A stretch of DNA of 64,000 nt, taken from contig NC_086097.1 of NCBI RefSeq assembly GCF_963921235.1, forward strand, positions 45,882,001 through 45,946,000, in the 5' to 3' direction. Of the stretch, positions 53,378 through 64,000 are shown piece after piece; the first letter of the stretch is position 1, and every line of letters starts with the position of its first letter. The stretch is from Mobula hypostoma (lineage: Eukaryota). The notes under the pieces are model-generated. The model worked only from the letters and a program-made list of their open reading frames with translations. It did not search any database and was not told the origin of the DNA. Position numbers and translations under genes: made by a program.

Positions 53378-54750
53378 CCTGTGCCGAAGACGCCGCGCCC
53401 CAGTGGCCTCAATGACTATAGACCAGTGGCATTGACTTCCCACATCATGAAGACCCTGGAGAGACTTATTCTGGAGCTATAGTTAGGCCACACTTAGATC
53501 TCCTCCAGTTCGCCTACCAGCCCCGACTAGGAGTTGAGGCTGCCATCATCTACCTGTTGAACCGTGTCTACGCCCACCTGGACAAGCCAGCGAGCACTGT
53601 GAGGGTCATGTTTTTTGACTTCTCCAGTGCGTTCAACACCATCCGCCCTGCTCTGTTGGGGGAGAAGCTGACAGCGATGCAGGTGGATGCTTCCCTGGTA
53701 TCATGGATTCTTGATTACCTGACTGGCAGAGTACAGTACGTGTGCTTGCAACACTGTGTGTCCGACACAGTGATCAGCAGCACTGGGGCTCCACAGGGGA
53801 CTGTCTTATCCCCCTTTCTCTTCACTATTTACACCTCGGACTTCAACTACTGCACAGAGTCTTGTCATCTTCAGAAGTTTTCGGATGACTCTGCCATAGT
53901 TGGATGCATCAGCAAGGGAGATGAGGCTGAGTACAGGGCTACGGTAGGAAACTTTATCACATGGTGTGAGCAGAATTATCTGCAGCTTAATGTGAAATAG
54001 ACTAAGGAGCTGGTGGTGGACCTGAGGAGGGCTTAGGTACCGGTGACCCCTGTTTCCATCCAGGGGGTCAGTGTGGACATGGTGGAGGATTACAAGTACC
54101 TGGGGATACAAATTCACAATAAACTGGACTGGTCAAAGAACTCTGAGGCTGTCTACAAGAAGGGTCAGAGCCGTCTCTATTTCCTGAGGAGATTGAGGTC
54201 CTTTAATATCTGCTGGACAATGCTGAGGATGTTCTACGAGTCTGTGGTGGCCAGTGCTATCATGTTTGCTATTGTGTGCTGAGGCAGCAGGCTGAGGGTA
54301 GCAGACACCAACAGAATCAACACACTCATTCGGAAGGCCAGTGATGTTGTGGGGATGGAACTGGACTCTCTGACGGTAGTGTCTGAAAAGAGGATGCTGT
54401 CCAAGTTGCATGCTGTCTTGGACAATGTCTCCCATCCACTACATAATGTACTGGGTGGGCACAGGAGTACATTCAGCCAGAGACTCATTCCACCGAGATG
54501 CAACACTGAGCGTCATAGGAAGTCATTCCTGCCTGTGGCCATCAAACTTTACAACTCCTCCCTTGGAGGGTCAGACACCCTGAGCCAATAGGCTGGTCTG
54601 GGGTGACCAGCTGACTTATTTCCTGGCATAATTTACATATTATTTAATTATTTATGGTTTTATATTGCTATATTTATACTCTATTCTTGGTTGGTGCAAC
54701 TGTAATGAAACCAAATTTCCCTCGGGGTCAATAAAGTATGACTATGACTA
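53378..54750 (+). mobile_element. Rex1 LINE, 5'-truncated and relatively young
   Basis: NDYRPVALT, FFDFSSAFNTI, GAPQGTVLSPFLF, KFSDD, YKYLG; few stops; AATAAA plus (TATGAC)n tail. Confidence 0.92.
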
Positions 54751-55597
54751 CACAGTTATTTTTTATTGTATTTGTAAATTCACTTCCTTTCATGTACAGC
54801 TTTGGAGACATTTGTTGCATGTGCAGGTGAAAGATTATTAACTGGAGATTGTACTTTACTCCCAAAGCAGTGGAGCTGAGTTTTAGAAGGCAAGTGCAAT
54901 CAGGGATTAATGCTTTACTCGTATTGATAGCCAATGACAATGACCATTCCTGTTACACCCGCATCCATGTCAACACAATGTATACATAAGCCAAAATGGA
55001 TTTTAGAAACTGTGGGACATTGATGTTCAGGATGACATCAATATGTCAATGTATGTCCTTATAATATTTGATATCCTTATAATCAAAAGCAAGTGAGTTT
55101 GGTGGATTTCATAGACATTAATGTGTTTTAATTTTTCCAAACAACATCCCTGGAGAAATTCCCAAATTTTACTAGACTCCTCTAGATCTTGAAACAGCAA
55201 TCACTTCTGCCATGAAAACATCCAAAATAACATAACTACTTAGAGTTATAAATCTACCAGAAGTCACTGACTGGGTAGTATATTCTCAGCTGTTCAGATC
55301 TGGATGTGGGTGCCCAGGAGTGGTCTGAATTTTAAGACTCCAGATTAATGGAAGAGGTGCTGGCCATAGATTTTTTTGAGGATCTTTCGGCATGTTTATT
55401 GTGCCTATCACATGTCATTCTCTAGGGGAAAGGAATTTAACAATTGCATTACAAATTTGTATAATTCCTTTGATATCAGAAAGGAGGAATTTTTTTAATG
55501 TACACTCTTTCAGAATTAGTGATGGAAATTTCTTTTAAAGTCCTATTTATTTTATGGTAGCTATTTTTTTAATCTTTGACTTCTTTTCTAACAGCAG

Positions 55598-55792
55598 GGC
55601 TCTCAAACTGTGAAAAGTGTCCCAACAAAGAAAGAGACAAGAACAGTCCAAGGAAAGCAAAGAATAAGTCAGAAACCTCCAAAGGGGATGTTTCTTCTTC
55701 AAGAGGATCTTGATGCTTTGTCTGCAAGTTCTGGTGCTGCTAACACGGTCCTAAGGCAGCTTGATATGGAACTGGTCTCTCTTAAACGTCAA
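55598..55792 (+). CDS. RCOR1: REST corepressor coding exon, linker/LSD1-binding region: [65 protein letters not shown] (alternative start 55595 adds Q)
   Basis: Acceptor ttcttttctaaCAGCAG; 195 or 198 bp, phase 0; donor CAA|GTAAGC. KPPKGM and LRQLDMEL motifs; overlaps the ORF-track entry 55610-55897. Confidence 0.95.
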
Positions 55793-56410
55793 GTAAGCAC
55801 TGTCTTCAGCCTTTTAAATAGCTTTTTGGAAGTTTTTCCAAGAAAAGTCTTTTGTGATCATCACTTTGAGGAAAAATCAGTGATGCTCATCCGGTGAGCA
55901 AAGACCTATTTGACTGGGCTTCTGTTTGTGGGATAGCCTTTCTCTTTCAAGAAATTACTCGAATGTTTACATACTACATGGGTCCAAAAATTGCATGACG
56001 TACCCAAATGAAAATTGCATGACGTATCCCACATGAGATCTCATGGAAACAACTGCAAGACTTCCTTACCTCTGAAATCCTTTTTGCAATAATTGCTTAT
56101 TTACATGCATGTTTATTTCCAGTTCCTTTTAAACCAGCACAAGACGTTTATTAGTTTTCCATCATTTGCTGTTTTACTATTCTGATGGTGGAAAGTTGTG
56201 TTTTCCTGCGTCATACTCCATTTGGTGTCTTTTTGCCGATATATTTAACCTTTGATCCATTTGACAGCACTTGTATCAACCTCACAGCTTGCTTTTCCGC
56301 GTAGTTTCCTGATAAGCTAGGATATGCTACTGTGCATCTTTTCATCCAAAGGCATAAATGTAATTTAATTTGCTACCGGCAATTATAATCATCGCTGCAA
56401 TTCAGTAATG

Positions 56411-57835
56411 CAATACTGTGTAAAAGTCTTGGGTGCATGTATACAGCACAGTACTATATTTGTCAACGTGGAGCAGAGAGCGAGTTTGTAAATTTGGCGG
56501 AAGCAAAGGATGTTGGAAATGGTGAGGGTAGAGTGCTGCGGGAGCAGTGTGGGACAGGTGCCAGAGGAGTGTCAGGCGAGGGGTTGGTGTGGGGTGGACA
56601 TGTCCAGCCTTTACACCAGGCAAGGTCATTTAATTTTAAACAATTGGTTGTATGACCATTGCAGAATGTCTCTCAGGTGCTTTAGAAACATAGAAAACCT
56701 ACAGCACAATACAGGCCCTTCGGCCCACAAGTTGTGCCGAACATGGCCTTACTTGAGAAATTACCTAGGGTTACCCATAGCCCTCTATTTTTCTGAGCTC
56801 TATATACCTGTCCAGGAGTCTCTGGAAAGACCTTTTTGCATCTGCCTCCACCGTCGCCAGCAGCCCATTCCACGCACTCACCACTCCCTGCTTTTTAAAA
56901 AAAAAACACAAGCAAACAGTAACAGCTTACCCCTGACATCTCTGTACCTACTTCCAAGCACCTTAAAACTGTGCCCTCTCGTGTTAGCTATTCCAGCCCT
57001 GGAAAAAAGCCTCTGACTATCCACACGATCAATGCTTCTCATCATCTTGTACACCTCTATCAGGTCACCTCTCATCCTCTGTCGCTCCAAGAAAAAAAGG
57101 CTGAGTTCACTCAACCTATTCTCATAAGGCATGCTCCCCAATCCAGGCAATATCCTTGTAAATCTCCTCTGCACCATTTCTATGGTTTCCACATCTTTCC
57201 TATAGTGAGGTGACCAGAACTGAGCACAGTACTCCAAGTGGGGTCTGACCATGGTCCTGTATAGCTGCAACATTATCTCTTGGCTCCTAAACTCAATCCC
57301 ACGATTGATGAAGGCCAATGCACTGTATGCTTTCTTAACCACAGAGTCAACCTGCGCAGCAGTCTTGAGTATCCTGTGGACTCGGACCCCAAGATCCCTC
57401 TAATCCTCCAAACTGCCAAGAGTCTTACCATTAATACTATATTTTGCCATCATATTTGACCTACCAAAATGAACCACCTCACACTTGTCTGGATTGAACT
57501 CCATCTGCCATTTCTCAGCCCAGTTTTGCATCCTATCGACGTCCTGCTGTAACCTCTGACAGCCCTCCACACTATCCACAACACCTCCAACCTTTCTGCT
57601 CCCTCCTCTCTCCCTTCCCCTTTTACCAACCATGATTCCACTTTCTCTGCTTCCTTCCCACTGTCAATCCACAATAGAGACCTATATCAGAATCAGGTTT
57701 ATCATCACTCACTTATGTCATGATTTTTTTTAGCAGCAGTACAGTACAATAATAAAATTACTACAATACTGTGCAGAAGTCTTGGACATCCTAGCTGCAG
57801 TATATACATGTGTCGAAGACATCTGCATGGTGCTG
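56411..57835. mobile_element. Candidate composite non-autonomous Tc1 element (MITE-cargo-MITE) interrupted by CR1
   Basis: Short palindromic MITEs at 56411-56456 and 57764-57835 carry TIRs matching the Tc1 at 19627-21095. Confidence 0.6.
56684..57595 (-). mobile_element. CR1 3' fragment, well preserved
   Basis: WAEKWQMEFNPDKCEVVHFG, LYRTMVRPHLEYCAQFWSPHYRKD, RGDLIEVYK; tail agaaacatagaaaacc. Confidence 0.92.
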
Positions 57836-59089
57836 TACTTAGATGCCTGACTTCCTGTGTGTTTTAAATATAGAATCAAATTTTCCTTGTCCTTCAGTGT
57901 TTTTATAATTATATTTGACCTGACAGATCCATGCAACTTCCTGGAAGAGCAATCCCATTAGTCACATTCCTTCTCTCCTCATTGCCTTGTTCTCCTGCAG
58001 CTCATCTCCTTCTCTTGCCCATTAACATACACTAAGAGATTACCGTCAGCAGTCAGCTTGCTATATAAGGTAGTGGAGTCAGAGAACCCATTGGAAAGTC
58101 CCGCATACATACACAGACATCACCTTAGAGCTTGATTGAATGCCCAGAGCTCTCTTTAGTTGCAAGATAGGGACACTAACGGCAGTCCATTTGGACTGAG
58201 TCAGAATATTCTTTTGAAATTGATATTTGTGAACCCTCCAAGTTCTCTTTCCAAGTGATAATTGTTGTGCAGATGCTCATGACTCTATTCTGTATCCACA
58301 GATGCTATCTGACCTGCTGAGTATTTAAAACTGATGCTGGAAGTTAAAAAAAAAAACACAAAACAGGATGCTGTAGATATTGAGCAGGTCAGGCAGCTTC
58401 TCTGGAGAGAGATACATTTCAGATCAGTGTCATTTCATCATTATTCCTGATGCTGCCTGACCAGAGCACCTCCAATATTTTTTTGAAACACTTTTTCCTA
58501 AATTTGGTTGAAAGAAAAATGAGCAAAAAGTCCTAAAATTTGTGAAGCTGTTTGATTTGATCTGCATTATATGATCATTGATTACAAGATCAATCTAGTC
58601 TATTTTGCCGATACTGTTAGTGAAGTGAGTATCAACCAGCGTACTATCACTGGCATATGTCATTTTTTTTTGGTTTGTGGCAGCAGTACCTTGCAATACT
58701 TAATAATAGAAGACTACAAATTTCAATAAGACGTATTTTAAAAAAATAAATAACTAGTGCAAAAAGATATTTTGATGTAGACCATTGGGCACCTTGAGTC
58801 TTTTCCACAGTTCAGTCAATTGGGACTGATCATTCTCAGCATCATTTTCTAACTCTATCCCCATATTACTTGATTCCCTTAATATTCAGAAATCTATTGA
58901 TCCGTTTGGATGAATTCTGACCTAACCTCCACAGTTCGCTGGGTAGAAATTTCCCAAGAATCACCACTCCTGATCATCCCAGCCTTGCATGATGGAATGA
59001 ATGTTTACAGGGACTGGGCCAGCAGGGAAACTAGTGGAAGAGGCTGAGTGTGTGCAGGTTTGGGGACCGTAGGCAGATGATTGGGAGTG

Positions 59090-59154
59090 AATCAGAATCA
59101 CACAGGTTGAATATCACTGGCAAATGTCGTGAAATTTCTTGTTTTTCTGCAGCA

Positions 59155-59190
<36 letters not shown>

Positions 59191-59938
59191 TTTGTTTGGA
59201 GTGTGTGTGGTAAAGAGAGGAAAAATGGTAAGGTAGAAATATAATGGCAGAGAGGGTGTTTGTGAGACATTGAATGTGTCTTCGGGCTCCAGTAGCAACT
59301 CCTTGATGGTAGCAAGGAGAAGAGAGCATGTCCTGGATAATGGGAGTTCTTAATGACGGATGCCACCTTTTAAATGTGTTCCCGATGCTGGGGAGGATGG
59401 TAACCATGATGGGGCTGGCTGAGTTTACAACTTTCTGCTGCTTTTCATCATCCTGTGCAGTGGCCCCTTGATACTAGATGGTGATGCAGCCAATTACAAC
59501 ATTCTTCACAGTAGATCTGTAGAAATTTGCAAAGTCTTTGGTGATATACCAAGTCTCCTCAAACTCCTGATGAATTATGGCTACAGTTGTTCCTCTCTGT
59601 GATTGCATTGATATGCTGGGGCCAGAATAGATCCTCAGAGGTGTTTACACCCAAGAACTTAAAACTGCTCACCCTTTCCACTGCTGATCCCTCGATTATG
59701 ACTGGTCTGTGTTCCCTTGACTTCCCTTTGCTCAAGTCTGTTATGGTCTTGCTAAGGTTGAGTGCAAGGTCTTACTTGGTCTCACTGATCTATCTTGCTC
59801 CTGTATACCTCCTCATCACCATCTGAAATTCTGCCAACAATGTTTGTATCATTGGCAAATTTATAGATGGCGTTTGAGCTGTGCCTAGCCACACTCTTGG
59901 GTGTGGAGAGAGTAGAGCAGTAGGCTAAACATGCATCC
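59090..59938 (-). mobile_element. Rex1/Babar-type 3' fragment containing a (CA)n microsatellite (59156-59185)
   Basis: HYPGHALFSLLPS motif; tail aatcagaatc..aatatcactggc. Confidence 0.75.
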
Positions 59939-60604
59939 TGAAAGTCTGCCAGTTGATGGGAGAAAGCTAATACGGAGAAAGGTGGTCGATGAATCTTCAG
60001 ATTTGCTCACCTCCTGTGTCTTACAATCAGATCAAATTCACCTCTCCAAAATATACTCTTCCTTCCAGGTGTCCCTTTGTCTTCCAGCATATCCCCTACC
60101 TCCCACCCTTTCAATTCACTGTACCTGGCACTGCTGATCCTTTAAAACCACTCAACTTTTACGTCTGGTCCTCCCAAACCTGTAATTGGTCTCCATGAAT
60201 TAGATTCAGAGACATGAGCCAATGCCGGCACTTCTGATTATTAACTAATTAATTGTGTAGGAAGGGGATCATCCTTGGCTACGAAGGGCTGTAAAATCAA
60301 AGGGACTGCTCAGCACTCTTTGATAAAGCTCGATAAAAGAAAAAAAAGTAATATAAATGTGATAGTAAAGAACAACGTACATCCTTGAAAGTCATCCCCA
60401 CAAGTCAGTGATGAGGATTGAGGGAAGAATTATTCATTGCCTAGTACCATGTAGTGCTGAATAGCAGCAAAAAATAAGTGGTAAGTTTAAAATATTCCAG
60501 AGGAATATTTTTATCATTTCTTAATACATGCATTACTAAATGACAAAGAGGACTGTGTGTCCTCATAATCTAATCTAATTTAATCTAAAATGTCATTGGA
60601 GACA

Positions 60605-60879
60605 TTTATTTTAATTTTATTTGGAGAGATAACACGGAACAGGCCTTCCTGCCTTGCAATCTGAGCTCCCCGGCAACCCAGCTAGTTAAACCTTCCCTAA
60701 TCACAGGACAGTTTACTATGACAATTGGACTATAATCAATATGGCTTTGTAATGTGGGAGGAAATCCACACACTCACGGGAAGGACATCCAAACTTAGAG
60801 ACAGCAGAGGTAGTGAACTCTGAACTCCGCCCCAGGCTGTAATGGCGTCGTGCTAACCACTACATTACCATGGCACCCC
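60605..60879 (-). mobile_element. tRNA-derived V-SINE
   Basis: Same family as 14058-14366; antisense head gctaaccactacattaccatggcaccc. Confidence 0.7.
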
Positions 60880-60923
60880 TGGTACCACATTCTTTGCTCA
60901 TGAGTTTTTTTTTTAAATTCTAG

Positions 60924-61001
60924 ATCCAGAATGTGAAACAAATAAATGGTGCTCTGAAACAAAAATTACATGGTGGGATAGAGGAATTCAAGCCATTGGA
61001 G
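60924..61001 (+). CDS. RCOR1: REST corepressor coding exon, linker helix: [26 protein letters not shown]
   Basis: Acceptor tttt..aaattcTAG; 78 bp, phase 0; donor GAG|GTAAAG. Aligns to recalled IQNIKQTNSALKEKLDGGIEPYRLPE. Confidence 0.95.
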
Positions 61002-61969
61002 GTAAAGAAGTGTTCACCTAGATGAAATCTGCATGTATTATTTATATTATCTTAAATATGTCCCTGCCTAAAGCATTAGAAAGATGCTCTTTGTTCTCAC
61101 ATACCTAGTGTACTTTATGAGCATGATGCGTCGATACACTTTTTAAACACAAGATAGTGTCACATGAAGTCTTTTATTCTTTGTGTGAAGCACCCCAACT
61201 TCTGTAATTGTTCACGTGTTACCCCCCTCTTGTTGCCAATCTTTATTTTATTGTATTTTAAATAACATGAGTTGAGTTTTGAGCTAGTGGTATCCAAGTC
61301 AGTATTGGCCCTTCTCCTGGTCCCATTCTATAAGCGATGAACTGTGTAATGAAAAGCATACTGTTAGCATGCCTCTGCCTTAATTGACAGAAGCGACAGG
61401 CAACTTGCACTTAAAATCGGTAGTAACTTGCAGCTGGGCTGTAAATTAGCTTATGAAAACCCAGCAGAAATTGCAGAAGAGATTGCTTGATTTTTGCTCC
61501 TAAGCTTGGGTTCAGACTTGTGCTCATTTTGCTTTGCCTTTTGTAAAAATAGTTTCTTTGTATTCAATCTATAAAAATTCCATTAACATTTTAATATCTT
61601 GTTAACTCTGCAGTCTTTAATTCAGGAAACATGAGTAAAAGAATATGTAGTTTCTAATCCAGGCTCAGCATCGTTGTGCTGAATTGATGGTACACATGAT
61701 TCAAGGCCAGTTTAATTTTCCAGGAATAGAGTGACCAAGATGTCTAAATCCTGTGTTCCAGATGGTATTTAATCCAATCTAATATATTTGCAGAACAATG
61801 TTCTTCATACTGTGCCCCAAACTACATTGAAATACAAGAAAATATTCTGTTTAACATTTCTTTTTGTTGGCCTTTTAAAAATTTATTAACAAAAGATTAG
61901 GTGACAGGGTGAGCTTGCCAATCAGATACAGTGATGTTATGATAGGAGTCGGGTAGTGCAGAGTTGATT

Positions 61970-62860
61970 CTTCAGGTTTGAGTTCTGTGCCAGATAAGGT
62001 ACTGTAGGAATCAGTGCTGGGTCTGTCTATGTTAACGATCTGGATGCAAGCATGGGTGATATGATTAGAAAATTTGTGGATGACACCAATATTGGTGATG
62101 TAGTGGACAATGATGAAGTTTGTCAAAGATACAGCAAATTCTAGATCAACAATGGAAGTGGACAAAGGAATGGCAAGTTGTATTTAACATAGTCAAATAT
62201 GAAACTGTGCATTTTGGGAAGGTAAACCAGTATAGGATATACAAATTGAATGGCAGGACCTAAGGGAATGTTGTAGAAGAGAGACCAAAGGATATAACTG
62301 TGTGAAAGTAGTAATACAGACAGGGTGTTGAGGAAGGAATGTCACATGCTCTTAATTGGTTAGGGCATTGTCAACCCATTACAGCCATACAAGACCTTGG
62401 TAGGACCATTCTTGGAGTATTATGTTCTGTTTTGGTTTCCCACCTATAGGAAGGATGTTACAGATGAAAAGGATACAGAAAAAAATCAAGAGGATGCCAC
62501 CAGGACAGGAGAGCTAGAATTAAGGACAGGCTGAGATTGCTTTCCTTTGAGTGAAAGAAGCTGAAGGTCAACCTGTTAAAGATTTGTATATAAAATCATT
62601 AGGGCAAAGTTGAAGTGGGTGGTCACATTTTTTCCAAAGGTAGGGGAGTTTAAAACTAGAGGGCACTGGTTTCAGATAAGAAGGGAAAGGTGGGAAGGGA
62701 ACATACAAATGTGTAGATATATGGCTGCCAGAGTATACGTAGGGGTAAGACATTAGAAACTTGGATAGAAAAGGTTTAGAAGAATATTGGCCAAGTGCAA
62801 GCAAATGGAATTAGGTTCGGGTAACAAAACAACTATTTCCATGCTTCATATCTCTATTCT
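61970..62860 (+). mobile_element. Decayed CR1 3' fragment
   Basis: QGSVLG-like segment, KFVDDTNIG, YKTLVGPFLEY remnants. Confidence 0.7.
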
Positions 62861-63047
62861 TCACTGAGGTAATGCATGTTCTTTTAAAGTTCCTAATTCC
62901 CATTTGGAGATGGTATTTTTAAATCATCCTTGACTTGGATAGTTTGGCCATTCAAGTCAAACTGGAAAATTTGAAGTTCCTATCCCAATAGTCATCTCAT
63001 GGTTAAAATATGTCATTTGTCACATTTTACAATAAGAGAATTGATCA

Positions 63048-63995
63048 ATAGATACTTTATTGATCCCAAAGGAAATTACAGCATCACAGTAGCATTACAA
63101 GTACACAGATATACAAATATTAGAAGAGAAGTAAGAAAGAATAAAAGTTACCTTAAAAATAAGATGTACAAGATTTACAATTAAAAGATTACAAGATATA
63201 CAAGATTTATAGTTTCACACTGATAAGATGGTAGTGCAAGAATTATTGTAATATTATACAGTAATGAGTGCACATTCACACTGTCCAGATAAGAAGTGAT
63301 GATAGTATTGCACAGGGTGTCCACGATAGCAGGGTGTGGTAAACGGAGCTAAGGAGAGCTCTGGTAAACAGGTTAATGGCCTCACAGGAGGGGGGGTCGT
63401 TGCTTCCCCTGCTATAGGTTAACTCATTATAGAGCCTAACGGCCGAGGGTAAGAATGACTTCATGTAGCGCTGTTAGAGCAGCGCAGTTGTCTTAAGCTT
63501 TTACTGAAGGTGCTCCTCTGTTCAACCAAGGTGGCATGGAGAGGGTAAGAAACATTGTCTAGTGTTGCCAGGATTTTCCGGAGGGTTCTTTGTTCAATCA
63601 CAGCCTCCAGTGTGTCCAGTTTGACTCCTTTCTAATCAGTTTATTGAGCCTGTTGGCATCAGCAATGTTAATGCCATTGCCCTAGCACACCACCACATAG
63701 AAGATTGTACTGGCGACAACAGACTGGTAGAACACGTGAAAGAGACACCTGCACACTCCAAAGGACCTCAGTCTCCTCAGGAAATGGAAGCGACTCTGGC
63801 CCTTGTACACAGCATCTGTGTTGGTGCTCCACTCAAGTCTGACATCCGGGTGCATCCCCAGGTACTTGTAGGTCCTCACCACATCCTCACCATCAATAGC
63901 AACAGGGAGCAATGCAGGCTCAGTCTTCCTAAAGTCCATCACCATCTCCTTTGTCTTACTAATGTTGAGCTGCAGATGATTCAGCTTCATCATTT
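63048..63995 (-). mobile_element. Rex1/Babar LINE 3' fragment
   Basis: LNHLQLNISKTKEMVMDFRK..GQSRFHFLRRLRSFG; KSFLPSAVRLYNE; tail atagatactttattgatccc. Confidence 0.88.
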
Positions 63996-64000
63996 GACAA

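Noticed and set aside
55793..55897. ORF continuing 35 codons past the exon into the intron
   Set aside because: Strong GTAAGC donor, and homology stops at LKRQ; probably chance read-through.

Overview
Vertebrate nuclear DNA, AT-rich and dense in transposable elements. The repeat mix (CR1, Rex1/Babar, V-SINEs, Penelope-like elements, L1) suggests a cartilaginous fish, probably a ray or shark; this is inference only. The window is the middle of a plus-strand REST corepressor gene, best matching RCOR1/CoREST1. Six GT-AG exons (31595-31647, 39590-39751, 42069-42190, 43113-43197, 55595/55598-55792, 60924-61001) splice into one uninterrupted frame covering the end of ELM2, SANT1 and the LSD1-binding linker. 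The gene's start and end lie outside the window. The introns hold a full-length dead L1 with a 19-bp TSD, a complete decayed Tc1, two solo LTRs, many CR1 and Rex1/Babar fragments (often nested), SINEs, MITEs, and about ten Penelope-like termini, several with minimal hammerhead ribozyme motifs. The most interesting items are: an inverted-repeat Penelope insertion carrying two hammerheads; a candidate composite transposon bounded by two Tc1-derived MITEs; an antisense LTR 200 bp from an exon; a NAGNAG acceptor; and an RCOR1/RCOR3 mosaic character in the protein. I cannot claim a wholly new system; the findings are mostly unusual arrangements of known families. Comparisons with human proteins and TE consensuses are from memory, not searches, and TE boundaries without a TSD or TIR are approximate.
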